Assembly (NCBI GenBank): GCA_016845065.1
Contig: JAERTG010000023.1
Location: forward strand, 167,553 to 231,552
DNA from: Fidelibacterota bacterium
GTDB taxonomy: Bacteria > Fidelibacterota > UBA8477 > JABMPR01
Reading direction: 5' to 3'
DNA: 64,000 bases
The position numbers and the translations under genes were made by a program. The notes beneath the pieces are model-generated. The model did no database searches and had not been told where the DNA came from. It saw only the letters and a list, made by a program, of their open reading frames with translations. Numbering within the stretch: position 1 is the stretch's first letter; every line of letters begins with the position of its first letter. Below, in pieces: positions 38,734 to 47,777 of this stretch.

Positions 38734-40824
38734 CTACTCAACTAATCTCACAGTACCGAAATTTGCTGGAGATTGATACGCATTATCGCTGGAAGAAAAC
38801 CAGGATATTTTACCATTTCTGGTGTTGCTGTCATTATCATTGATATGGACATCCAGACCCAATAGTTGATCGACACTGGGCATTCCATTTAAACTTTTCC
38901 AAGGAATGGCAATTTCCAGTGTATATCCCTCAGATTGGGAGCGCTGTTCAATTCGCGCACCTTCAAAATGGGCTCCAATATCAGCATACAAATTGTTACC
39001 ACCTAAAACAAATCTGAGTTGGTACTCGTCGTTTCCGTAGAACTTTGATTTACTGTTATCTGTATCCAGATAAAGCTCGAGTCCATCATTTAAATAGTCT
39101 ACTGATGAATTTACACTAAGACTATCATCCTTAATCTCCATATAAAAATAAAGGTGCTCCCAATCCCATCGCGCGCTGAACCAGGCGCTGAGATCTGCTT
39201 CGTCACGGATAGAGCCAGAAATATTATTATTGAGAGGTAATTGTTCTGTCCTTCCCCATTGCTCATCCCACTCCCCATCAATTTTAGGCGGGGGTGATAC
39301 GTAAAATATTTTGGTCCCCTTAAACTTCTTCCATGAAATTTTATTTGGATGTGTTTGAGTTTTACCCTTATCGTTCCATACTTCAACATGGAAATTTCCG
39401 CTTCTCATTTTCAAGGGTAATTCATGAATAGACAATTCAAAATCTGCGGCTTCAGGGAGCATCTTTCCGTTTCTATACCATTGATAGTTGAGGGGATAGC
39501 CCGAAGTTTCCACACTGATTGTGCCTGCATAACCCTCACTGAAAGTTCTGTCTGAGGAGATTTCGAGAATCATTGGCTCCTTTGACTCCAGTGTACTTGA
39601 ATAAGCTTGTGGATCTAATGGATATAGAGACTGCACCATCGCCGGTAAAAAATCACACATCTTTGAATTTGTCATTTTCGCCTGTTCGAAGAGCCATCTT
39701 TTTGCCAACCGTTTACTAGGTTTAGGACCTTCACCATTCCAGTAGGCCAGGATCTTTTTGAATCCCTCAGTTTTCCTGATACTCCAGGGTTGTCGCTTTA
39801 GCTCAAATTTTTTATGTGTCCACCAGCTCCATCCCACATTTGCCTTCTCTAGAAATTCAGTGGAAGCTCTGTATAACTCCCAGGGAGGATCCTGTTCACC
39901 GGTTTCACCATGCCATAGAGGCATATCATACTTTTTGCGTAGATCATCCCACCGTTGTATACCTCGTGAAGTGTGTGTTGGCGGGTAAGAGTGGAATGCC
40001 ATGACAAGGTGGGGATCCCAATCCATCGGTTCCAGAATAGAAAAATCCTGAGCCCAGTCATCTCCTTCAATAAAAATGATGCCCTCTGTGTCAGTTTTAC
40101 GAATAACCCTGGTGATACGAAGGTATAATTCTCTGAGTAATCCAGGATCAATCCCATCGTATCGAGCCAGTAAGGGTTCATTCAAGAGATCATAACCCAC
40201 AATACAGGATTTCTCAGAATAACGTCTGGTGATTGTATCCCAAAGATCAATGGTCCGAGGCCAATATACGGACTTCTCCGTCCAGAGTCGGGCCTCCCCA
40301 TCACTATCGGATATATTCTCGGCATTTTGGCCACCAGGAGCCCCATGTAGATCCCAGATGATACCCATGCCGCTTTCCTCGCACCAATCCACAAAATTAT
40401 CAAGGAACCGAAAATTATGTTCGTCATAGACAAATGGGGGTTGTTCAGGTTGTTGATCCCGAGGTTGAATCATGGAGGCAAGAAGTGGAACTCTAAGTGT
40501 GTTCACACCAAATGATTTCATATTCTCCACATCTTCTCGGGTTACGAAATTTGAATAATAGCTGTCCCAGAATTTCTGAGCATTTCTGGAACCAATTAAT
40601 GCCTCTATTGCCGTTTCAAAGTGTCTTGGCCTATCAAGCTTTCGGATTCCCCACATATATCCCTCTGGAAGCAACCAGCCCCCTAAACCAATTCCTCTGA
40701 GTTGGATGGTTTCTCCAGTTTTGATGTCTACAATGTTTTGACCATTTGTGGTATAATATGCCTGTGCTTCAAAACCCATTGTGAGTAAAAGAATGAATGC
40801 TAGAGTTTGGATTTTTATCGTCAT
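38734..40824 (-). CDS. GH5 glycoside hydrolase (paralog of 9847..11808) with C-terminal CBM9/DOMON-like module, no CTD
   Basis: A signal peptide is present. Motifs GLGGWLLPEGYM, DLLNEP and HGETGE match GH5. The C-terminal module of about 180 aa is beta-sandwich-like. Confidence 0.8.
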   Translation of the reverse strand: MTIKIQTLAFILLLTMGFEAQAYYTTNGQNIVDIKTGETIQLRGIGLGGWLLPEGYMWGIRKLDRPRHFETAIEALIGSRNAQKFWDSYYSNFVTREDVENMKSFGVNTLRVPLLASMIQPRDQQPEQPPFVYDEHNFRFLDNFVDWCEESGMGIIWDLHGAPGGQNAENISDSDGEARLWTEKSVYWPRTIDLWDTITRRYSEKSCIVGYDLLNEPLLARYDGIDPGLLRELYLRITRVIRKTDTEGIIFIEGDDWAQDFSILEPMDWDPHLVMAFHSYPPTHTSRGIQRWDDLRKKYDMPLWHGETGEQDPPWELYRASTEFLEKANVGWSWWTHKKFELKRQPWSIRKTEGFKKILAYWNGEGPKPSKRLAKRWLFEQAKMTNSKMCDFLPAMVQSLYPLDPQAYSSTLESKEPMILEISSDRTFSEGYAGTISVETSGYPLNYQWYRNGKMLPEAADFELSIHELPLKMRSGNFHVEVWNDKGKTQTHPNKISWKKFKGTKIFYVSPPPKIDGEWDEQWGRTEQLPLNNNISGSIRDEADLSAWFSARWDWEHLYFYMEIKDDSLSVNSSVDYLNDGLELYLDTDNSKSKFYGNDEYQLRFVLGGNNLYADIGAHFEGARIEQRSQSEGYTLEIAIPWKSLNGMPSVDQLLGLDVHINDNDSNTRNGKISWFSSSDNAYQSPANFGTVRLVE

Positions 40825-40885
40825 TTAAGCTTTCGAGGGCTCGTGGAAATGAAATCGGGACTCATTTGTGTGAATTGTTGAGCCA

Positions 40886-43240
40886 TTATATATGAATTGG
40901 CCAGAATAAAGGCAGAATAAATACGGCGATCAATCCGAATAGTATAACCAGGGGCAATCCAACTCTGGTGTAATCAGTAAATCGATATCCACCAATACCC
41001 ATAACCAGCAGATTAACAGGGTGTCCCACGGGACTCAAAAAACTGGCTGAACTTCCCAGTGCTACAACCATGGCCAAGGCGTAGGGTGAAAGTCCCAAAT
41101 TTGTAGCAGTAGCCAATGCCATGGGCGCCATAAGAACAGCCACAGCGGCTGTTGGCATGACTTGAGCAAAAAGGCAGGTAACAATGTATAATCCAGCGAT
41201 GATACCCTGTGGGCCCAGAAAGGCTAGAGAACCCAGAAGACTATCTGCCAAAAGGCTGGTTACCCCGGTTTCTTGCATGGCCACTCCCAGACTCAACATC
41301 CCGGCGATGAGCATGATGGCTCGCCACTCAATAGCTTCATATGCCTCATCCATAGTGATACATTTTGTCAATACCATGAGCACAGCCCCACCTAAAGCAG
41401 CAATGAAAATGGGTAGCCATCCAATGGCTACTGCGACGAGAACACCAATTTCAATGCCGGCAGCTATCATGACTTTGTCTTTTTTGTAAATAGGCTGATC
41501 AAGACCACTTATGATGAGATAGTCATCCTCCTCTTGTAACATGCCCAGATTTTGGCGTAGACCATAAACCATGAGGGCATCGCCCGGCTCCAAAACAAAA
41601 TCACGAAGGTTTGTGCGATAAGCCCTGTCCCTGCGCCAGATTGCCAGCACAGTTAGCCCAAATTTTTCGCGGAAATAGAGCTCACCAATGGTCTTGCCGG
41701 CGGCCGAATTTCTGGGTGACAGGGTAATTTCAGCCACACCAACTTCATCAGATTCCAATCGTTCCAGATCGTTCTTGGATTGTTCCTCCATTTCCAGATT
41801 CTGTAAACTATGTAGAATTTCCAGGATTTCAGGTTCTCCAATAACGATGAGAATATCATTGGCTTCAAGCTCATGAGCCGGGGGTGGCATAAAGATGACC
41901 TCTTCGCCTCTGCGGATTCCCAGGACATTGATTCCCAAAGCGCTTTTCAGGTGGCTTCTGGCGATGCTCCGGGTTGCCAGGGTCGATTCATCAGGAATTT
42001 GTATACCTATTAGATGTCGGTGCAGTTTGTATTTGAGAGCCACCTTGCGGGGTGAGACATAATTGAACTCGCTAGATTGTTTGCTGTCAGCCATGGCATC
42101 CAGTTTATCAGTTTGCCCAATGGCGATGAGTAGATCATCTGGATTGAATCGGTAATTTCTCAAACGAGACACACGTACTTTATTTTTCTGAATCACAGCA
42201 ATGATGTTTATCTCATAGGAATTCCGAGTGCCGGCTTCTTTGAAGGTCTTTCCTATGAGGGAAGAATCTGGAGCAATTTTAAATTCTGCAAATCGAATGG
42301 CTTTTTCTAACTCATGTTCACCAATCAACCAACCATGCTTCAGAGTGAGGGTTTTCCAGTCTCGGAGGGTACCAACTTGATCTCTTCGTCCTCCAACCAG
42401 CAATTTATCCTCAGCACGCAACTGAGTGTCAGGTCCTGGAGCCAACAGGGTTTTCTCTCCCCTCAGTATGGCCAGGACATTGAATCCCAGGGCTGATCCA
42501 AGACGGCTCTCAGCAAGATTCTTATCCTTTAAGGCAGAATCTTCAGGGATGCTCATGGTCAGGAGACGATCATTGAGCTCGTATTGGCCATTGAGGGTAT
42601 CAGCGATTGAAGTTGATCTCCCCAGGTCTCTGTTTGGCAGCATATGCCTCCCAAAGAAAACGAGGTAGGCAATGCCAACAGCCATGGCAATCACACCAAT
42701 TGGAGTAAAATCAAACAAACCAAATGGCTGGAGACCTTCCATTTCAAGCGCATTGCTGATGAGGATGTTGGGAGCGGTAGCAATCAGCGTGGTCAATCCA
42801 CCGAAGAGAGATGCAAAAGCCAGAGGAATCAATAGTTTTGATGGTGAGCGACCGGTTCGATGGGCAATTTCCATGACTACAGGCAACATGAGGGCGGCTA
42901 CACCAATATTGTTCATAACACCTGATAAGGCACCTACTGTTACCATCATTATCACCAACAATTTGATCTCACTATTCCCAGATAGTTTGAGAATCTGACC
43001 ACCCAGGATTTGAGCGACACCCGTTCTTACCAGCCCAGCACTTAAAATCAGTACAGAGGCAATAGTAATGATGGCTGTATTGCTAAACCCGGCGATGGCC
43101 TGATGATGTGTGATGAGACCAAAAATAGATAAAATCAGCAGAACAGATAAGGCTACCAGATCTACTCGAAGCCATTCCGTGACAAATAGGATTACCGCTC
43201 CGGCTAGGACTGCGAGTACAAATATCATGGAAAATGTCAT
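40886..43240 (-). CDS. SLC13/DASS-type permease with four internal TrkA-C (RCK_C) domains
   Basis: Two transporter halves of 5-6 TM helices each flank four repeats of about 70 aa with TrkA-C-like patterns. Confidence 0.65.
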   Translation of the reverse strand: MTFSMIFVLAVLAGAVILFVTEWLRVDLVALSVLLILSIFGLITHHQAIAGFSNTAIITIASVLILSAGLVRTGVAQILGGQILKLSGNSEIKLLVIMMVTVGALSGVMNNIGVAALMLPVVMEIAHRTGRSPSKLLIPLAFASLFGGLTTLIATAPNILISNALEMEGLQPFGLFDFTPIGVIAMAVGIAYLVFFGRHMLPNRDLGRSTSIADTLNGQYELNDRLLTMSIPEDSALKDKNLAESRLGSALGFNVLAILRGEKTLLAPGPDTQLRAEDKLLVGGRRDQVGTLRDWKTLTLKHGWLIGEHELEKAIRFAEFKIAPDSSLIGKTFKEAGTRNSYEINIIAVIQKNKVRVSRLRNYRFNPDDLLIAIGQTDKLDAMADSKQSSEFNYVSPRKVALKYKLHRHLIGIQIPDESTLATRSIARSHLKSALGINVLGIRRGEEVIFMPPPAHELEANDILIVIGEPEILEILHSLQNLEMEEQSKNDLERLESDEVGVAEITLSPRNSAAGKTIGELYFREKFGLTVLAIWRRDRAYRTNLRDFVLEPGDALMVYGLRQNLGMLQEEDDYLIISGLDQPIYKKDKVMIAAGIEIGVLVAVAIGWLPIFIAALGGAVLMVLTKCITMDEAYEAIEWRAIMLIAGMLSLGVAMQETGVTSLLADSLLGSLAFLGPQGIIAGLYIVTCLFAQVMPTAAVAVLMAPMALATATNLGLSPYALAMVVALGSSASFLSPVGHPVNLLVMGIGGYRFTDYTRVGLPLVILFGLIAVFILPLFWPIHI

Positions 43241-43461
43241 CTAATACCTGTCAGTTTGAGCTTCTTTACATCGACCTGAACTTCAGAGGTGAATATTTTA
43301 AAGGTAAAGGGAAAAGGGCTGGGGTGCAAGAAATCACTGAAACTCCTGGTCTCAGCATCCTAGGCAAGAAAGAGCTGAAATTGACATCATTGCATAAACT
43401 ATTTTATGCTACTTCCTCCCCCATGTCTATTACTATGCAGGCTGAACATTTTCATTGAAAG

Positions 43462-44922
43462 ATGATGATACTGGATGAAGTCGGGGTTCTAGAGGAGTGT
43501 GTTGAATTGTTAAGTAAAATAGCTACCAGATGGGGTTCAGAATTTGGATATCGACACATCCTTGTCGTAGCATTCCCACTGATCCTGAGTACTGGTTCCT
43601 GGTCCATACAACAATTTGTTGACCGGATGTTTCTCAGCTGGCATTCTGAAGAAGCACTTGCTGCAGCCATGCCTGCAGGAATCCTCAACTTTGCCTTTAT
43701 CTGCCTCTTTATCGGCACAGTAAGTTATGCCGGAACTTTCGTATCCCAATATGTCGGAGCGCAGGAGGATCACAAAGTAGGTAAGGTTCTATGGCACAGC
43801 TTCTATCTCTCTCTGTTTGGGGCGATAATCTTGTTGCTCGTTGCTCCCTTCTCCAGCGAATTATTCAGCATCGTTGGACATAGCAGTAAACTCCAGATCA
43901 TGGAGAGCACCTATTTCAAAATTCTATGCTTCGGTGGATTGGGACCTATCCTCTCCTCTGCATTTGCTGGATTCTTTACTGGTCAAGGTCGGAATTGGCC
44001 CGTGATGTGGGTAAATTTATTCACAACCACAACGAATCTGATTCTGGACTATCTCTTGATCTTTGGTATAGGCATATTCCCAGAGATGGGTATTGCCGGA
44101 GCTGCTCTTGCTACTATCATCGCTGGTTTTTTATCTATCATCATGTATCTCATTTTGATTTTAAGACCTCACAACGAAACGCGATTCAAGGTTTGGTCAT
44201 CCAGGGCCTGGGACGCTTCTTTCATGAGACGGTTCCTCAAGTACGGTTTACCCAGCGGTGGTCACTTCTTTCTGGAAATCATGGGGTTTACAGCCTTCAT
44301 TCTAATCCTGGGAAGGATTGGTCAGATGGAACTGGCAGCAACAAATATTGCCATAAACATCAATAGTCTGGCCTTTATGCCCATGTTTGGTTTGGGTATC
44401 GCTGTATCAATGATGGTAGGTCAGAACATCGGTGGTGGAAAACCAGAAACTGCTCAATACGCAGCTAATTCGGGAGTTCAGCTTGGAATGGTATATATGA
44501 TCTTCTGTACTTTCCTGTATGTAGGCATTCCACAAGTTTTTGTAGCTCCGTTTGCTGCTTCCACTGAAACATTTGGGATGGCAGTTATTTTATTACGCTT
44601 CGTTGCGGTTTATGCTGTTTTTGACACACTAAGTATTTTGTATTCATCAGCCATTAAGGGTGCAGGAGATACTCATTTTGTCATGCGCATAACAACAGCC
44701 CTTTCCATATTTGTACTAATTATTCCCACTTTTGTCGCTGTGGAGTATTTTGATTCAGGGCTCTATTTGCCGTGGACATTCTGTGCACTATTTATCGTAT
44801 CCATGGGGCTCACTTTTCTTGGTAGATTTTTTGGTGGAAAATGGAAAAATATGAGTGTCATTGAGACACCTGGTTTTCTCCCATCCCAACACCCTGCAAA
44901 TCCAATCTCTCCTGAATTGTAA
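43462..44922 (+). CDS. MATE family efflux transporter
   Basis: There are 12 predicted TM helices with typical MATE length and composition. A candidate -35/-10 promoter (TTGACA…TATTTTAT) lies upstream near 43383. Confidence 0.8.
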   Translation: MMILDEVGVLEECVELLSKIATRWGSEFGYRHILVVAFPLILSTGSWSIQQFVDRMFLSWHSEEALAAAMPAGILNFAFICLFIGTVSYAGTFVSQYVGAQEDHKVGKVLWHSFYLSLFGAIILLLVAPFSSELFSIVGHSSKLQIMESTYFKILCFGGLGPILSSAFAGFFTGQGRNWPVMWVNLFTTTTNLILDYLLIFGIGIFPEMGIAGAALATIIAGFLSIIMYLILILRPHNETRFKVWSSRAWDASFMRRFLKYGLPSGGHFFLEIMGFTAFILILGRIGQMELAATNIAININSLAFMPMFGLGIAVSMMVGQNIGGGKPETAQYAANSGVQLGMVYMIFCTFLYVGIPQVFVAPFAASTETFGMAVILLRFVAVYAVFDTLSILYSSAIKGAGDTHFVMRITTALSIFVLIIPTFVAVEYFDSGLYLPWTFCALFIVSMGLTFLGRFFGGKWKNMSVIETPGFLPSQHPANPISPEL

Positions 44923-44980
44923 TCTTATAATCCGAATGAGATTTATGGATTAAGACAACCTTTTGTCTTGACTTCGCTTA

Positions 44981-45011
44981 CTGTTGATAAATACTTTGTA
45001 CGGTAATCGAA
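44981..45011. promoter_or_regulatory. perfect 10-bp inverted repeat (AATACTTTGT-N11-ACAAAGTATT), candidate ROK-repressor operator
   Basis: A palindrome lies 45 bp upstream of the first gene of the plus-strand glycan operon. That operon encodes a ROK regulator. Confidence 0.3.
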
Positions 45012-45055
45012 CAAAGTATTATCTGTGTAGAATGATGTCCTAATGAGGAGTCCGC

Positions 45056-46390
45056 ATGTATCAGGAGTATCACAAACTGACTCATCCCAAAATAAAGGGA
45101 ATAGGGCTCAGCCTGATTATTTTGCTCGGATTGTCCTTCTCAAATTGTTCAAACAACCAGGTCGCATTTGTTAAAGTGGTCTCTGACAGCACAGGCCATA
45201 AACTCACTGTCAATGATACAGATTACTTTGTGAATGGGATGAATTGGGACTACTACCCCATCGGAACCAATTATAAATATAAGTTTTGGGAACAACCTGA
45301 TGATTTCATTAAGTCTGTCCTTGACGAAGAAATGAAAGCACTGCATGACATGGGGGTAAACACTATCCGTCAATATGTTGGTGTACCACCTCACTGGGTT
45401 GAATACATCTACGATACATATGGTATTTTCACAGTCCTGAACCATAGCTTTGCTCGATACGGGATAGAGGTGAATGGTAGCTGGGTGGCTAATGTGGATT
45501 ATGGAGACCCTGCGACACGGGAGATAATTCTTAACGATGTCATTCTGATGGTTGAACAATTTCGCTATGTCCCTGGAGTATTGATGTGGCTATTGGGGAA
45601 TGAAAATAACTACGGATTGATTTGGGAATCGTCTGAGACTGGAGATATGCCGGAAGCACGGGACAGTCACTTCCAGCAAGCACGCGACTTATACTCACTA
45701 TACAATGAAGCGATCAGGATCATCCATATCAGGGATAATCGAAGGCCCGTGGCCATAGCCAATGGCGATGTTCAATTTATAGATCTCATTGTTGAGGAAA
45801 TTGAAAATCTAGATATTTTTGGAACCAACAGTTATCGCGGAGCCTCATTTGAGGACTTGTTCAAGCTTGTAAATGATAAACTGGATATTCCCTTACTCCT
45901 CACTGAATTTGGTGCAGATGCCTTTCATGCTCAAGAACAAAGGGAAGACCAGAGCTCACAAGCGCTAGTCCTCTTGGAAAATTGGCGCGAGATCTATCTG
46001 CAAGCTGCAGGAAATGGTGATGTTGGTAATACAATCGGTGGTCTTACATTCCAATTTAGCGACGGTTGGTGGAAATCAGGTCCTGACGATAAATTGGATA
46101 TACATGATTCCACAGCCTCGTGGTCAAATGGAGGCTACTCCGACGATTTCACTCCTGGCGTCAATAATATGAACGAAGAATGGTTTGGGATTTGTGGACG
46201 TGAAGCTTCTAAAACGCCAAACAGGGATATTCTACGCCCCCGTTTGGCATATTACCTTCTCATGAAGATTCACGCTCTCGATCCCCTCCTGTCATCTCAG
46301 GGAGCCCCAGAAATTAACAAATTCTTCTCAGAATTAGCTGAGACGAATCTGGACTCTCTCAGCTCAATTTATAAGTTTTACAATAATTGA
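45056..46390 (+). CDS. clan GH-A (beta/alpha)8 glycoside hydrolase lipoprotein, family uncertain (GH2-TIM/GH158/GH35-like)
   Basis: The lipobox is LSFSNC. The acid/base-like motif is LLGNENNYG and the nucleophile-like motif is LLTEFGAD. The protein is only 444 aa and lacks the GH2 N-terminal domains. Confidence 0.45.
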   Translation: MYQEYHKLTHPKIKGIGLSLIILLGLSFSNCSNNQVAFVKVVSDSTGHKLTVNDTDYFVNGMNWDYYPIGTNYKYKFWEQPDDFIKSVLDEEMKALHDMGVNTIRQYVGVPPHWVEYIYDTYGIFTVLNHSFARYGIEVNGSWVANVDYGDPATREIILNDVILMVEQFRYVPGVLMWLLGNENNYGLIWESSETGDMPEARDSHFQQARDLYSLYNEAIRIIHIRDNRRPVAIANGDVQFIDLIVEEIENLDIFGTNSYRGASFEDLFKLVNDKLDIPLLLTEFGADAFHAQEQREDQSSQALVLLENWREIYLQAAGNGDVGNTIGGLTFQFSDGWWKSGPDDKLDIHDSTASWSNGGYSDDFTPGVNNMNEEWFGICGREASKTPNRDILRPRLAYYLLMKIHALDPLLSSQGAPEINKFFSELAETNLDSLSSIYKFYNN

Positions 46391-47685
46391 ACCTCTCAGA
46401 TAAAAAGTTGTCACCTCTTTCTGGTGTTGGGTATCGACAGGTAAATATTTCAGGGTTTCGCAAGGTTGATCGGTGGGAAGCCAGGCCATTGGCGGATTCG
46501 GTCCTCCACCTGATATGGCGAGAAAAGCAAATTTCCAGAGCCGAGATAGCACGCCAAATAGGAATATCCCGCTCAACTGTGACTGAGGTGATACGAGATT
46601 TACTCAATACGGGTTATGTCAAGGAAGTTGGGGCTGGGGTTTCCAGCGGTGGTCGAAAACCCATTGTTCTTGAATTCCAGAATAACCATAAACTGATTCT
46701 TGGTATCGATATCGGTGCTACCCATGTTTCTGTGGCTCTACTCAATCTCGGTGGTGAGTTATTGTCATTCAATCGGCAGAGTCATTCTGTCCGAAATGAT
46801 CCGGAGGGGACGCGTAGTCTGGTCTTCAAGCTTTGCGATGCCTCTCTTAGTCAAGTTAACAACGGTCAGCAACGTCTATTAAGTATTGGTGTAGCCCTCC
46901 CCAGCCCTGTAGATCCAGATCACCCCGAATGGGTGTCAGAAGTAGTAATTCCTGCATGGCGCGGGAGGAATGAATTGGATATACTACATAGCCATTATGG
47001 TGTTCCTGTTTATGTAGACAATGATGCCAATCTTGGTGCCCTGGCCGAGTATCGTTGGGGTGCTGGTCGTGGATGTAAGGACCTGACCTATGTCAAGATT
47101 GGGTATGGACTCGGTGCAGGTTTTGTACTCAACGGTGAAATCTATCGCGGTTCCACAGGAATTGCCGGTGAAATGGGACATATGACTGTAGGAGAAAGCG
47201 ATACCCTATGCGAATGCGGATTGAATGGATGTTTAATCACTCTTGTAGGTGGAAAAGCCATGTCTGCCAGAGCTTCTGAGTTGTCAGATAAGTATCCTGA
47301 GAGTCCGTTGACAAAAGGTGATACTGATCTGGAAGCTATTGAAGCTGCAGCTCATAAACATGATGAATTAGCCCTCCAGCTTTACAAAGAAACAACTGAA
47401 TATTTGAGTCTAGCTATTACAGGTTGGATCAATATGATGAACCCCAGTAGAGTCATTCTTGGGGGATCGATGCAGGAGTTCCAGAATCGTCTATTGGACC
47501 CAGTCCGTGAAAAGATCAAGGCATGTTCCATCGTAGGATCAGTGCCTATCACCGACATACGGGCAGGTGAATTAGCACATCAGGCCGAAAGTATTGGTGC
47601 AGCGACTCTGGCCCTGGAAGGCGTCTTTTCAAATCCAGGTTTTTATCGAAATCAAATTGAACCACTAGAGGCATCGAATGTCTAG
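46387..47685 (+). CDS. ROK-family transcriptional regulator (HTH + sugar-kinase-like domain)
   Basis: The N-terminal HTH is ISRAEIARQIGISRSTVTEVI. The glycine-rich motif is ILGIDIGATH. The Zn motif is CECGLNGC. A TTG start overlaps the upstream stop by 4 nt. Confidence 0.8.
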   Translation: MNLSDKKLSPLSGVGYRQVNISGFRKVDRWEARPLADSVLHLIWREKQISRAEIARQIGISRSTVTEVIRDLLNTGYVKEVGAGVSSGGRKPIVLEFQNNHKLILGIDIGATHVSVALLNLGGELLSFNRQSHSVRNDPEGTRSLVFKLCDASLSQVNNGQQRLLSIGVALPSPVDPDHPEWVSEVVIPAWRGRNELDILHSHYGVPVYVDNDANLGALAEYRWGAGRGCKDLTYVKIGYGLGAGFVLNGEIYRGSTGIAGEMGHMTVGESDTLCECGLNGCLITLVGGKAMSARASELSDKYPESPLTKGDTDLEAIEAAAHKHDELALQLYKETTEYLSLAITGWINMMNPSRVILGGSMQEFQNRLLDPVREKIKACSIVGSVPITDIRAGELAHQAESIGAATLALEGVFSNPGFYRNQIEPLEASNV

Positions 47686-47777
47686 TAGACATACTGTTTG
47701 TACTGTTACTGACTATATATGTACTGAAATATGAATCTCTCTCTCTTTAAGAATTGATCAATGAAGGAGTCTGGCAC

